From positions 32,001-96,000 of the forward strand of contig JAXMNT010000015.1 in the NCBI GenBank assembly GCA_034670305.1: a DNA stretch of 64,000 bases, given 5' to 3'. This DNA is from Deltaproteobacteria bacterium (GTDB lineage: Bacteria; Myxococcota_A; Polyangia; Polyangiales; Houyiibacteriaceae). Shown piece by piece: positions 8,357-19,356 of this stretch (position 1 is the stretch's first letter; each line of letters begins with the position of its first letter). Under the pieces are notes generated by a model that saw only the letters and a list, made by a program, of their open reading frames with translations, did not search any database and was not told the origin of the DNA. Both the position numbers and the translations under genes were made by a program.

Positions 8357-10063
8357 TCAGAGATCGACGAGGAAGACGCCTCCCGTGGTGCCGGCGTGTC
8401 CCGGCGCGCCAAGCATGGCCCCCATCGAATCCAGATGCACCGAGGTGCCGACCAACGCCTCGGGATCGGCCGCATCGGGGACGAGACGCGCCACACGCAC
8501 AAACCGTCCACCCTCCAAGACGTACAACTGGGCGGCGCCTCGACGCACCCCGCCCGTGGTCGTACCTGGTGCACCCACGAGCAGCCGATCCCCATCCAGC
8601 GACACCGACGCACCGAACCCACCCACCCCGACGCCCGGCCCGAGCACCTGGATCTCTGAGAGTCCGGGCGTGAGGGAGAACACGTGGACGGACTCGTCGG
8701 CCAGACCAACCACCGCGTGGGTCGTCGAAAGCGCGACGCTGACGACGCCCGGCAGGGGCAGCCGGTCGAGTTCGGCCGCAGAGCCCACCTCGAAGAGCAC
8801 GATCGTGTCGGTGGCACCCACCAGGAGGCGTCCACCGGCCGCGTCGAGCGACCCGCCGAAACCCGCGAGCGGCAGCTGCCATCCGATCGTGACGGCGGTG
8901 CCGTCGTAGCGGTAGACCGCTTGGCCGGCGGAGTCCCCGATGAACAGATTCGAGCCGTCGTGGGTGAGCGACTCGCCGAACTGAGAGGTGGGTTCCAGGC
9001 TGCCTTGGAGACCGACGACGGTGGGCGTGAGGTCGTCCGCCCCGATGAGGTTCACGATGACCGAACCCGCCGCGCCCGAGTCGGGGCAGCCGAGAGCCAC
9101 GTGGCTGTTGGTCACCCGCACCGCGACCCCACAACGAAGCCCGGCCTCTCCCGAGAGGAACCGGCGGTCGGCCCGATCCCGCGTGATGTGCACCGCGCCC
9201 CCGTTCGGCGCGGTTCCGGTGGGGCTGCCCGAGTACCCGGGTTTGCCACTCATCGCGTAGCGCCCCATACGGTGCACCGATTCGCCGCGAAGCTCCCCCG
9301 CCACACCGCCCGGCGGTTCCTGCGGCATCGATCCCGCGAACACGCACTCTCCGGCCGCGAGGTCGCACACTCCGATCGTGCACGTGGGCGGACACATCGG
9401 ACCCGCATCCGCGCCACCGTCCGCGCCTGCGTCGGGTGGTCCCGCGTCGGTGTTCGGGAGCAGCTGGCAGCCGGTCTCTGGGACGCAGACCGAACCCGTG
9501 GGGCAGGATCCGTTCGGCCGGATCAAACAGGTCCCGGTCGCGCAGACCGCCGAAGCACAGCTCGCCGCTGGGGCTGGGCAATCGGTGTCGCGAGTGCACA
9601 TCGCCTCGCCGCATTCGGGTTCGTCACCCCGAACACACCCGGGCGGTACACACCGCCCCCCGAGACAGCTGGTCGCGGTCGCCGGATCCCCAGCCGCAGG
9701 ACACATGCGGCCTCGACACGCGCGCGACACCACGACCACCACACTCGTCGTGTCGCCCTGCACCCGCGCCACGGTCTGGCGCACCAGCACCACGTCCGAA
9801 CCGAGGTACACGAACACGTCGACCGGCAGGTTGCCCTCGCGGTCCGCTTCGAACGTCGCCACCCGAACCCCCTCGTGCCAAGGTCCCGCGTTCGCGTCGA
9901 GCTCCGCGCGAGACCCGGGCTGGGTCGGCAGCTCGACCACCATCCGGTCGAACTCCACCCCCGGCACCAGGTCGCTCCGCACGTCGACGAGCAACACGTG
10001 GGTCGGGTCCGAACACGCGGCGCAACACAACAGAAGCAAGAGGATCGAAGCACGGCGTCGCAA
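8357..10063 (-). CDS. Cys-rich lipoprotein with FG-GAP-like beta-propeller repeats
   Basis: Signal LLLLLCCAAC; Cys-rich EGF-like segment; DAG linker; repeats FGESL, FGGSL...LLVGA, FGASVSLDGDRLLVGAPG. TTG start inferred. Confidence 0.8.
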   Translation of the reverse strand: MRRRASILLLLLCCAACSDPTHVLLVDVRSDLVPGVEFDRMVVELPTQPGSRAELDANAGPWHEGVRVATFEADREGNLPVDVFVYLGSDVVLVRQTVARVQGDTTSVVVVVSRACRGRMCPAAGDPATATSCLGGRCVPPGCVRGDEPECGEAMCTRDTDCPAPAASCASAVCATGTCLIRPNGSCPTGSVCVPETGCQLLPNTDAGPPDAGADGGADAGPMCPPTCTIGVCDLAAGECVFAGSMPQEPPGGVAGELRGESVHRMGRYAMSGKPGYSGSPTGTAPNGGAVHITRDRADRRFLSGEAGLRCGVAVRVTNSHVALGCPDSGAAGSVIVNLIGADDLTPTVVGLQGSLEPTSQFGESLTHDGSNLFIGDSAGQAVYRYDGTAVTIGWQLPLAGFGGSLDAAGGRLLVGATDTIVLFEVGSAAELDRLPLPGVVSVALSTTHAVVGLADESVHVFSLTPGLSEIQVLGPGVGVGGFGASVSLDGDRLLVGAPGTTTGGVRRGAAQLYVLEGGRFVRVARLVPDAADPEALVGTSVHLDSMGAMLGAPGHAGTTGGVFLVDL

Positions 10064-10120
10064 AGCGTGCCTGAAGGGTACCCCCGCGAGCGCGGTCCCC
10101 GCCAGCGGCGGCGAGCCGCT

Positions 10121-10436
<316 letters not shown>

Positions 10437-10444
10437 CCCCCCGA

Positions 10445-13333
10445 TCACGGCGTGAAGCGGATCCTCGACTGCGCGGACGCCACGACTTCCGCTTCGGTGA
10501 ACGGCACCTGTGTCACCTCGTTGTGGCGCCACCGCTCCATCTCGTTGCGGTGGAAGGGGCCGTCGGGATCTTCCGAGTTGCCTCCCGGAAGTGCGTTCCA
10601 TGCGGTGGGTCCGGTCGGGGACATCTCGACGACCAGGCGCTGCTGCGGCCCGCTGCCGTAGTCGATGCGCTCGAAGTCGAACACGCCGAAGTTCGACGCG
10701 TCGACCACGTCGCGGTCGCCATGGCGCGGGAACCCATCCGGGAACATCGCGTCGTCGGGGGTCGGAATGCTGAGCGGGTCGCTTCCGAGCACGCCGATCG
10801 GAATCACCGCGTCGAGTTGCACCGTGTGCAACCGACCCCAGCGCCAGTCGTCCATCGTCGCGGTGGAGAAGCGGGTCTCCAGCCACTCGAGCGCGGCGGC
10901 CATCGCGCGGACCACCCGGTCGCCGCGGGTCTCGACCGCGTCGGTCGAGATGTCGTCCCACAACACCGAGTCCATGCGGTCCGCCTCGTAGGTCGCGAGC
11001 GACTCCACGTCGGTGGCCATCAACACGATGGTCGTGCCGAGCGCGTTGCTGCGGCGGATCGACCCGTCGAGTGCACCGTCAGCGTGCAGGTCGAGTTCGT
11101 CGTCGAAGGTCAGGCGCATGAGGTGTCCCATCGCCACGTTGAAGATCGAGGTCGCCACGCTGTCTGCGATCGCGTCGGCGCTCGGTGTGCCTTCGACCGC
11201 CGCCGGCGTGTCGAACCGTTCCCACGCCGCCAGGCGCGTCGCGGCCGCTTCGATGGCGTCCATCGCGTCGGCGAACTCGGTCACCGCCGCGGTCAGGTCC
11301 GGGTGCATGCCCGGAGAGGTGCGTTCTTCGCTGGCGCGCGTGAGTTCCGCGAGCATCAGCGGCGTCAGGATGCGGCCGAAGGGGGAGACCGCGTCGTTCT
11401 GCAGTGCGCTCATGTCCTCGGGCGTGATGCCACCGGCGCTCACGAGCGTCTCCAATCGCTCGGTGATGCGCGCGATGCGGTTGCCCCGCGCGAAGTCGCA
11501 GCCGATGTAGAAGTCGTCGGCCGGGTCCGCCGCGTCGACACCGTCGAGCGCGTTGCCGTTCGCGGTCACGCCGACCGGATCCGCGTTCGCGGTCGCGATG
11601 AAGCCGGACTCTGGGTTGCGGCCGTGCGGAATGTAGCGCTCGTCCAGGTTCTCGCCGGTCCACTCCATCGTGCCGCGTCCATCGAGCACGTAGCAGGGCG
11701 AGGTGCCTTCGAGCGTCGCGGGGTCGTACGTCAACGCACCGGCCTGGCGGACCGGGATGCGCACGCTGCTCGTGTAGTCGATGTTGCCGGACGCATCGAC
11801 GGAGACGAGCGTCTGCCCGCCGACCTCGAACTTGCGGAACGCGGTGCGCGCGTCGTCCGCGTTCTGCGCCGTGTAGAGATCGAGGAACGCCGCCGCTTCG
11901 TTGCTCGGCTCGTTGCCGGTCCAGGCGATCGAGAGCGCTTGTTCTTTGCCGACCTCACACGGGGCCGCATCTTCCGCGGTGCAGGCCACTCGGCTGCCGG
12001 GCACGATGAGTCCGTGGTGCGGCACGAAGTCGAACGTCACGACGGTCTCGGCGCCCAGATCGGTGCGGATCGTCTCCGTGATCGTCTGAATCGGGACCTG
12101 TGCGCCGTCGAGCTCCACCGTCGCGGGATCGCCGGGCGTGATGAGCTCCATGTAGACATCGCTCACGTCGTAGCCGCTCGTCGTGAGCCCCCAGGCGATC
12201 TTGTCGGTGAATCCGAGGATCGACACGGGCGTGCCTGCGATCATCTGGCCGGCCACATCGACGTCGCCGCCGGCGCGCCGGGTGTTGACGTGGCTCATCC
12301 AGAAGAGCGGTGGGCTCGTGAGCGCGAGGTGCGGGTCGTTCGAGAGGATCGGCAATCCGCTCGCGGTGTGGTCGCCGTGCACGACCCAACTGTTGGAGCC
12401 TCGGAATCCGTCGCCGAACACCTTGGTGAACCGCGCCTCTTGACGCTCCGCAAACGCGAGCGCCCCTTCGAGGCTGCGCGCCGTCGGGAGCTGGAGACCC
12501 CGCAGGTCGCGGCCGGGCCGAATGCGCGCGCGCGACCCGCTGTCGGTGGTGACGTTCGGGAAACCGTCGATGTGGAAGACGTCTCGAGCGGGCCGCGTCG
12601 GGAAGAGGTCGTGGTAGGCGAGCGCCAAACGGGCGACGCGAGGATCGGGATCGTCTGCCGCGAAGTGTTCTCGCCAGCGCGCGAGCTGATCGGTGCGTGA
12701 GAGGTCGCTGAACGCATCGAAAGAAAGCGAGGCCGCCTGGAAACGCGCGATGGCCAACGTCTCCACCGGCTCCCACACCCGCAGGTTGTCCGCGTTGACG
12801 AGGTCGCTCACCCCGCGCGGCAAGGTCACCTCACCGTTGATCACCTGGTTGATGCGCACGTTGACGCCAGCGGCGTAGACCTCGAGCAGCTCCCGCTCTT
12901 CGGCGGGCAGCCCTGCGAGAATGGCTTCTGCGTTGCGGCCGTGTCCTTCGAACCGTGTGTCGGCGTCGGAGTCGATGAGCGACGGATCCAGAGACCCCGC
13001 GAACTCGGCGGTCCGGCCGGTGGCGGCGAGCCGAATGAAGTGCATCTGACCGAGGCGGTCGACCGCCTGGAGGTACCCCTGCGCCCGGATCGCGTCGTTC
13101 AGGTTCTGCGCGTAGATGTGCCACATGCCGCGTTCGTCGCGCACCGCGTCCACCGCGGCGCCCAGACCCGGCATGCCCACTTCTTCCTCGATGGGCAGCC
13201 CTTCGATGGTCGTGGGGTCGGCCGGGGCATCGACGCCTGCGTCCATGGGGCCGGCGGCGTCGTCGTCTCCGCACGCTCCGAGCCCGGCGAGCAGAAGCAC
13301 CATGATAGACGTCGAGCGCGCTGACTGGTTCAT
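10445..13333 (-). CDS. Penicillin acylase family protein (Ntn hydrolase), lipoprotein
   Basis: RDERGMWHIYA, AQGY..A.DRLGQM, catalytic GSNSWVV, ILSNDPHL, WRWGRLH, PGGNS; lipobox LGAC. Confidence 0.95.
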   Translation of the reverse strand: MNQSARSTSIMVLLLAGLGACGDDDAAGPMDAGVDAPADPTTIEGLPIEEEVGMPGLGAAVDAVRDERGMWHIYAQNLNDAIRAQGYLQAVDRLGQMHFIRLAATGRTAEFAGSLDPSLIDSDADTRFEGHGRNAEAILAGLPAEERELLEVYAAGVNVRINQVINGEVTLPRGVSDLVNADNLRVWEPVETLAIARFQAASLSFDAFSDLSRTDQLARWREHFAADDPDPRVARLALAYHDLFPTRPARDVFHIDGFPNVTTDSGSRARIRPGRDLRGLQLPTARSLEGALAFAERQEARFTKVFGDGFRGSNSWVVHGDHTASGLPILSNDPHLALTSPPLFWMSHVNTRRAGGDVDVAGQMIAGTPVSILGFTDKIAWGLTTSGYDVSDVYMELITPGDPATVELDGAQVPIQTITETIRTDLGAETVVTFDFVPHHGLIVPGSRVACTAEDAAPCEVGKEQALSIAWTGNEPSNEAAAFLDLYTAQNADDARTAFRKFEVGGQTLVSVDASGNIDYTSSVRIPVRQAGALTYDPATLEGTSPCYVLDGRGTMEWTGENLDERYIPHGRNPESGFIATANADPVGVTANGNALDGVDAADPADDFYIGCDFARGNRIARITERLETLVSAGGITPEDMSALQNDAVSPFGRILTPLMLAELTRASEERTSPGMHPDLTAAVTEFADAMDAIEAAATRLAAWERFDTPAAVEGTPSADAIADSVATSIFNVAMGHLMRLTFDDELDLHADGALDGSIRRSNALGTTIVLMATDVESLATYEADRMDSVLWDDISTDAVETRGDRVVRAMAAALEWLETRFSTATMDDWRWGRLHTVQLDAVIPIGVLGSDPLSIPTPDDAMFPDGFPRHGDRDVVDASNFGVFDFERIDYGSGPQQRLVVEMSPTGPTAWNALPGGNSEDPDGPFHRNEMERWRHNEVTQVPFTEAEVVASAQSRIRFTP

Positions 13334-13407
13334 GGGCGCATTTGTGTCATGGAGTGGTCCGCCCGTGCCAGTGCGGGGCTGAGCTTTCTCCCGCCGAAGA
13401 GAAGAAC

Positions 13408-14931
13408 GTGGCTGAAGACGACGAGACCGAAACGGCGGACGAGAGGGACGCCGGCAGCGATGAGACGGGGCGCGCCGCGTCTGGTTCGGCCGATTCCGAT
13501 GCGGAATCCGGTGCCGAGGGCGACGCCGCTGCCGACGCAGACTCAGGCAAAGAGGGCAAGGGCAAGGGCAAGGGCAAGGGCAAGGGCAAGTGGCTGGTTC
13601 CGCTCTTGGTCTATGTCGTGTGTGCGGGGGTGTACTGCGCGACGTTGACGGGGCGGGCGTGGGCGCCGAGTCCGGACAACCACTTCGTGCACCTCGCGGC
13701 GTCGTGGTTGAACGGGCAACTGCATCAGCAAGGGGACCCGCCCGGCAACAACGACTGGGCGTGTTACGACCGAGAGGAGCACGACTCCTGCCCGAACAAC
13801 CGCTGGCACTTCTCGGACTCGGACCGCTACCGCTGGTACGTCTCGTTCCCGCCCTTCCCGGCCGCCGTGATGGCGCCGATCGTCGCGGTCGCAGGCACGG
13901 ACATTCCGGACCGGTTGATCTGGGCGCTGCTCGCCGGCTTCGGACCGATGTTGCTGCTGCTCTTGCTCGGTCGACTCCGGCGGAGCGGCCGTTCGAAACG
14001 CACCCGCACCGAAGACCTCTTGCTCGTCGCGCTCTTCGCGTTCGGCAGCGTCTTCTACTACACGTCGGTGCAAGGCACGGTGTGGTTCGCGGCACATGTG
14101 GTCGCGGTCAGCCTGACCTTCCTCTACTTGCTCTTCGGCATCGACGCGCGGCGGCCCATCCTCGCGGGCATCGCGCTCGGCTGCTGCTTTCTCACCCGGC
14201 CCACCACCGCACTGCTCGCGATCTTCTTCGGACTCGAGCTGATGCGGGTGAACCGGCGGGCCGGCGCACCCTTCGACGAAGACGCGTACTGGCCCAAGCG
14301 GCTGTGGCAATGGGTCCGCGGCACCGACTGGAAACCGGCGTTGCGGACCGGCGCGCTCTTCTCCATTCCGATCCTCGTCTGCGGCGCGTTCGCGATGTGG
14401 CACAACCACGCGCGCTTCGAGGACTCGTTCGAGTGGGGCCACTCGTTCCTGCAGATGCGGTGGCGCCCACGCATCGAACGCTGGGGCCTGTTCAGCTACC
14501 ACTACTTCGCCAAGAACCTCGCGGTGTTCGGCGCCTCCACCCCGTGGCTGACCCTCGATCCGCCCTACCTGATCGTCGGCCGCCACGGCCTCGCCCTGTG
14601 GGTCACGACGCCGGCGATCCTGCTCGCGCTCTGGCCGAAGAAACTGACGCCGCTGATGATCGGGTTGTGGTGCGCCATCCTCCCGGTCGCGGTGATGAAC
14701 CTCTGTTACCAGAACAGCGGCTGGGTTCAGTTCGGCTACCGCTTCGCGCTCGACTGGTTGCCGCTGCTCTTCGTATTGCTCGCCCTCGGCGGACGACGTT
14801 TCCGGCTCGGATTCGTGGTGCTGTTGATCTGGTCGATCGCCATCAACGCTTTCGGCGCGTTCACCTTCGATCGCGCACACCAGTTCTACGACGGAGACGC
14901 CAGCCAGGACGTGGTCTTCCAACCCGATTGA
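13408..14931 (+). CDS. Polytopic membrane protein, possibly a GT-C fold glycosyltransferase
   Basis: About 10 TM segments; YVSFPPFPA, QGTVWF, LTRP, NHARF, QFGYRFALD motifs; acidic N-terminus followed by (GK)6. Confidence 0.7.
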   Translation: MAEDDETETADERDAGSDETGRAASGSADSDAESGAEGDAAADADSGKEGKGKGKGKGKGKWLVPLLVYVVCAGVYCATLTGRAWAPSPDNHFVHLAASWLNGQLHQQGDPPGNNDWACYDREEHDSCPNNRWHFSDSDRYRWYVSFPPFPAAVMAPIVAVAGTDIPDRLIWALLAGFGPMLLLLLLGRLRRSGRSKRTRTEDLLLVALFAFGSVFYYTSVQGTVWFAAHVVAVSLTFLYLLFGIDARRPILAGIALGCCFLTRPTTALLAIFFGLELMRVNRRAGAPFDEDAYWPKRLWQWVRGTDWKPALRTGALFSIPILVCGAFAMWHNHARFEDSFEWGHSFLQMRWRPRIERWGLFSYHYFAKNLAVFGASTPWLTLDPPYLIVGRHGLALWVTTPAILLALWPKKLTPLMIGLWCAILPVAVMNLCYQNSGWVQFGYRFALDWLPLLFVLLALGGRRFRLGFVVLLIWSIAINAFGAFTFDRAHQFYDGDASQDVVFQPD

Positions 14932-14975
14932 TGCGCGTCCCCATTCGGAGACAGCCTGTGTAGACTCGGCGCGCC

Positions 14976-17276
14976 ATGACCGCCCCGCTTCGTCCCACTG
15001 AACTTCGACACCGCACCGCGCCGACCTCCGAGCCCCTGCCCGACTGGGCGCTCAAGACATTCGAGGCGTACCTCCCTTACGTGCTCGGAGTCACCGAACC
15101 CGAACACGCACCGCTCGTGAGAGAGGCGACCGAACGTTTTGGCGCGTACGTGCAGGCCATCCCTGCCCACGAACGTGGGCGGGACGATCTGTGGACGTTG
15201 CTCATGTGGACCCGGGTGCACGGCACGTTCTTCGGCGGCTTGCCCGTCGCTCCCTGGCAACAATCTCCGGCGCGCCGAGAGCGGTTCATTCGCCGTTTCT
15301 ACGGAAGCGATCGAACCGCAGCCGACTGGGTCTTCGACAAAATCGTCTCCAAACTTCCTCTCCCACAGAGCCCCACCATTCGAGACCTCGCCAAGAGTCT
15401 GCGCGAGATGATGGGCCTCGCCTTCTACACGAACCCGAACGCGGATCCGATCACCGGCTACACCCGCGTCTGGGACCGGACCTATCCCGACCATCCGGAC
15501 GTCGACCTGGGCCGGCTGCGCGCCACCCGGCAGCCCGCGACCTTCGACCCCCGGGAGGTCGCCTCCGTGCACATGCAAGGCCACCCGTACGAAGTGCCGC
15601 GGCTCTTCGCGTACGACGGTCGGCCACGCGTGGCGGTGATCGGGTCCGGCGCAGGCGGCGCGGTGACGGCGGCTCGGTTGGCGCAGACCGGCAAGTACGA
15701 CGTCGCGGTGTTCGAGTCGGGTCCGCGGCTCAACCCCGGCCGCTACCCACTCGACACGCTCGTCGGCATGAGCCAGCTCTTCGAGTCCGGCCTTCTGACG
15801 TTGAGCAAGAACCTCGACATCCATCTGCTCCGCGGGCGGCTCGTGGGCGGCGGCACCGTGTTGACCTCCGGCCTGAGCGTGGAGCCCCGCGCCGAAACGA
15901 AAGACCTCTGGTGCGCGACCAACGGGCCACTCTCCATCGGAGTGAAACGCGACGCGTTCGACCTCGGGATCCAGAAGGTCTTCAAGCGCCAGGCGCTCGG
16001 CAAGATCGATCCGCGTGTGTACACGGACGCGTCGGATCTGCTCGGCGTCGGCGCGAGGAAGATCGGAGACACCGAACCGTGGGCGTTCGATCGCGACGTG
16101 CAGTGGAACAACGTGATGATGCGGCGCGACCAGCGGCCCGAGCCGACCCGCGATCAGAACGGCGACAGCTGCTTCGGCTGCGGGCTGTGCAACTACGGCT
16201 GCCACTTCGGCCACAAACTCTCGATGGACCTGACGTACATCTTGGATGCCGAGCGCGCCGGCGCCCGCATCCACCAGAACCTGCCGATCGAACGACTCGA
16301 AGGCCATCTCGAAGAAGGCGGCATGCGGGTGACCCACCTGGTGTTCGGGCGCGGGCTCGATGAACGGGTCGAGGTCGATCACGTCGTGCTCTCGGCGGGT
16401 GCGGTCGGCTCCCCCGCGGTGCTCCTGCGGTCCGAAGCCCACGACGGAAGTTGGGGCCGGCTGCCCGCGTTCCAGAACGATCACGTCGGCACGGGGCTCG
16501 GCTTCAACTACGGCTCGGGCGTGGTGGCGCGGTGGCAGAACGAAAGCGCGCGACCCGGGCACATGGGGTTCCAGATCAAGTTTGTCGCGACCAAGGGCGG
16601 CGACCCCGATTTCGAGATCCCGATCCCTGGCAAACCGGCCCACCGCGCGCGGTACGTGCTCGAGAACGCATTCGTACCGCCGGGGCTCATGAGCAACGTC
16701 GTGCCCGGAGTCGGCGCGGGTCACCGGGATTGGATGACGGACTACAAGAAGCTCGCGATGTGCGCGTCGACCATCGGTTCGCCGCAGACCGGCGTCATCC
16801 GGGGCGACCGAACGGTCGAGTACAAACTCAACCAGGCGGAGATGGACCTGAACCGCGACGCCCTCGCGGGGATCGCGCGACTCTACTTCGCGGCGGGTGC
16901 CAGCGAGGTCGGACTCGGCGGCATCCGGCAACCGCCCGAAGGCGGCGCGTCCGAGACCGACACTGGCCAAGGCCTGCGACTGCGTGCCGAGACCCACGGC
17001 GACCTGACCCAAGCCGAGCTCGCCGCCGCGCTCGAACCGGTCGTGTTCGAACCCGAACACATCATGCTCTCGAGCGCCCACCCGCAAGGCGGCCTCCGCA
17101 TGAGCGCCCACCTCGACGCAGGCGCGGTCGGCCCCGACTTTCGGCTGCGTGGCGCCCACAACCTACACGTCGTCGACGCCTCGCTCTTCCCCTCGACCAT
17201 CGTCGTCAACCCCCAGTGGACCATCGCCGCCCTCGCCGAAGTCGCGAGCGAAGCGATCGCACAGCAGCTCGGCTGA
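14976..17276 (+). CDS. GMC family FAD-dependent oxidoreductase with N-terminal extension
   Basis: VAVIGSGAGG, GRLVGGGTV, CFGCGLCNYGC, VVLSAGAVGSP, SAHPQGG, VVDASLFPS..VNPQWTI. Confidence 0.92.
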   Translation: MTAPLRPTELRHRTAPTSEPLPDWALKTFEAYLPYVLGVTEPEHAPLVREATERFGAYVQAIPAHERGRDDLWTLLMWTRVHGTFFGGLPVAPWQQSPARRERFIRRFYGSDRTAADWVFDKIVSKLPLPQSPTIRDLAKSLREMMGLAFYTNPNADPITGYTRVWDRTYPDHPDVDLGRLRATRQPATFDPREVASVHMQGHPYEVPRLFAYDGRPRVAVIGSGAGGAVTAARLAQTGKYDVAVFESGPRLNPGRYPLDTLVGMSQLFESGLLTLSKNLDIHLLRGRLVGGGTVLTSGLSVEPRAETKDLWCATNGPLSIGVKRDAFDLGIQKVFKRQALGKIDPRVYTDASDLLGVGARKIGDTEPWAFDRDVQWNNVMMRRDQRPEPTRDQNGDSCFGCGLCNYGCHFGHKLSMDLTYILDAERAGARIHQNLPIERLEGHLEEGGMRVTHLVFGRGLDERVEVDHVVLSAGAVGSPAVLLRSEAHDGSWGRLPAFQNDHVGTGLGFNYGSGVVARWQNESARPGHMGFQIKFVATKGGDPDFEIPIPGKPAHRARYVLENAFVPPGLMSNVVPGVGAGHRDWMTDYKKLAMCASTIGSPQTGVIRGDRTVEYKLNQAEMDLNRDALAGIARLYFAAGASEVGLGGIRQPPEGGASETDTGQGLRLRAETHGDLTQAELAAALEPVVFEPEHIMLSSAHPQGGLRMSAHLDAGAVGPDFRLRGAHNLHVVDASLFPSTIVVNPQWTIAALAEVASEAIAQQLG

Positions 17277-17281
17277 GCCAG

Positions 17282-17636
17282 GGATTCGGATCGGCGGCTT
17301 CGGGGTCGGTGTCGGTGTCGGTGTCGGCGTCGGATTCGGGGTCGGCGTCGGCTTCGGGATCGGAGTCGGCGTCGCGGGATCGGAGTCGGCTTCGGCTTCG
17401 GCTTCGGGGTCGGCTTCGGGGTCGGCTTCGGAGTCGGCTTCGGGGTCGGCTTCGGCTTCGGCTTCGGCTTCGGGGTCGGGATCGGAGTCGGCGTCGAGTG
17501 ACAAACACGGGTAGGCAACCGCACATCCTCACCTTCGGATTCGGATTCGGATTCGGAGGGCACGGGCAGGGGCAAGGGCAAGGGCAAGGGAACCGCGCAT
17601 CCTCTCCTTCGGATTCGGACTCACGGGCACGGGCAA
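17282..17636 (+). repeat. Hexamer tract T4 with two copies of a 28-30 bp motif and a (GGGCAM) run
   Basis: (TCGGNN)n at 17282-17496; motif AACCGCRCATCCTCWCCTTCGGATTCGG at 17517-17544 and 17591-17618; GGG runs at 17558-17590. Confidence 0.95.
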
Positions 17637-17695
17637 GCTCGATCCGATCTTTCCCGCCACTGGAATGAAGTCTTGGGTTCGCACGTACCCTTGGT

Positions 17696-18466
17696 ATGGC
17701 CAAGTCCACCCAGCCTGCGGGCATCCGTCGCGTCGCCCCGCCCACCGACGCCAAGGAGCCGCGGCTCGCTTCCGGATTGGCCGGCATCTGGGGTGCGCTC
17801 CTCACGCTGGGAAGTGGCGCGACCACCGTTGCGCTCGTCGAACACAACACCGAGTGGATCCCCGCCTGGGTAGTGGTCACGCTGCTCTACGGTGTCGGGT
17901 CCTGGGGTCTCTTGACGCGCAGGCATTGGAGCCGCGCGTTCGGCGCGGGGCTCTCGCTCTTCGCCGTGGCCGCGTGCGCCCAGTGTGTCTACGCCCTCGG
18001 CCCGCTTCCGACGACGCTGGTCGCCGGCGGCGTACACGTGGTGTGGCTGCTCCTGCTCTTCTTCGTCCGCAGCGCGCAAACCCGGCGCGAAGGACTGTCG
18101 ATGGTCGCCGCTTCGGTCGCGCTGATGCCCGCGGTCGGCTTCGCGCTCGCACCCGAGCAGACCGGCGGCGTCATGATCGCGGTGCTGGCCGGCGCTGGCA
18201 TCCTGCTGCTCGGCACCATGGGGCTCGCGCGCGGCCGCACCTGGGGCCTCTTGCTCGCGCTCGTCGGTGCGCCGGTGCTCGCGGTCAGCGTGCTGCACGC
18301 ACCGAGCCTCTCGCACTTCACCGGTCCGCACGCATTCGTCGGGCAACCGCTGCAGCCCTTGATGCTCGACGCGCTCGGCGTGGTCGCGGCCGCAGCCGCG
18401 GTCGGCGCGGTGCTGCCCTACCTCGTGCCGATGGTCCGCTTCCTCTTCCGCCCCCAGCCCGCGTAG
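17696..18466 (+). CDS. Hypothetical integral membrane protein
   Basis: 256 aa with about 8 hydrophobic segments. Confidence 0.75.
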   Translation: MAKSTQPAGIRRVAPPTDAKEPRLASGLAGIWGALLTLGSGATTVALVEHNTEWIPAWVVVTLLYGVGSWGLLTRRHWSRAFGAGLSLFAVAACAQCVYALGPLPTTLVAGGVHVVWLLLLFFVRSAQTRREGLSMVAASVALMPAVGFALAPEQTGGVMIAVLAGAGILLLGTMGLARGRTWGLLLALVGAPVLAVSVLHAPSLSHFTGPHAFVGQPLQPLMLDALGVVAAAAAVGAVLPYLVPMVRFLFRPQPA

Positions 18467-18533
18467 ATCCGGACCGGGTAGATCCAGACGGCGAAGCTCC
18501 GCACATCGAGCACCCTGGGCTCACGGGGCGACT

Positions 18534-19253
18534 TCAGTGGGCGTCGAAGTCGACGGTGAGCAGCGCACGCACTTCGTCTCGGAACGCGGCGTAGGTCACA
18601 CGCTCCCCCGGGGTGAGCGCGCGCGATTGGCGGCGGGGCACTTCCTGTGGCCGCTGCGGCGTCACCAACCACCAGCGCTTCTCCGTCCGCTCGGGAAGCG
18701 GCGCGGTGGGCTCCAACCAGTAGAGGAAACGCCCGCGCTTCGCGATCAATCGACCGCCCACCCACCGACCGTGTTCGGTCTGTTCCCACCGAAGCGGGCG
18801 CGGGTTGTATCGGGGACGCCGGTTGCGGACGCGCTGCCTGTACCGAAGCACCTCGTCGTCGTCGACGAAGAACTCGCCGCGCGAGTGGTGCACCCGCCAT
18901 CCACCACGCAGCGTCTCGCGGGCGCTCTGGCTGGGAAGCAGGTGCCCGAACACGACGTGCCGTCCCGCCAGGGTTCGCAGATCGAAGGTCTGGTAGATCA
19001 ACCCCTCGACCTCGGGCCACGGCTTGCCGGTGTGTCCGCGCAGCCATCGGTCGGCGGCCGACAACCGGTCCGCGAAGTGTTTGCAGATCGGTTCGAGCGG
19101 AAGACCGCGGACCACCTCTGGATCCGCCCGCAGTTCTCCCAACAAGACCCGCAGCGCGACACGCTGCTTCTTGTGAGACTGCCGACGCAAGTACTTGCAG
19201 TAGCCGACGCGCCCGCCTTCGATGACGGTGCGCGCAAGACGTTTCGTAGACAT
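18534..19253 (-). CDS. Arg-rich basic hypothetical protein (MSTKRLARTVIEGGR...)
   Basis: GAGAGG RBS before ATG; 239 aa; segment FADRL...RWL...GKPW.EV...FD.RT.AGRH looks like a conserved uncharacterised family. Confidence 0.75.
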   Translation of the reverse strand: MSTKRLARTVIEGGRVGYCKYLRRQSHKKQRVALRVLLGELRADPEVVRGLPLEPICKHFADRLSAADRWLRGHTGKPWPEVEGLIYQTFDLRTLAGRHVVFGHLLPSQSARETLRGGWRVHHSRGEFFVDDDEVLRYRQRVRNRRPRYNPRPLRWEQTEHGRWVGGRLIAKRGRFLYWLEPTAPLPERTEKRWWLVTPQRPQEVPRRQSRALTPGERVTYAAFRDEVRALLTVDFDAH

Positions 19254-19356
19254 GACCTCTCACCCCCGCGCCCGGTTCGCGCACCGCCATGGGTGCGCCG
19301 TGCGCCGGTCGCGATGCGCCCCGCGCGCCCGCATCGATGCGCAGCGCCACGGAACG

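Noticed and set aside
17558-17590. G-runs as FtsK-orienting KOPS (GGGNAGGG)
   Set aside because: The dominant unit is GGGCAAGGG or GGGCACGGG, one base longer than KOPS. Only one exact match (17564) occurs in these runs, so identity with KOPS is unsupported, although the polarity is reported as a finding.
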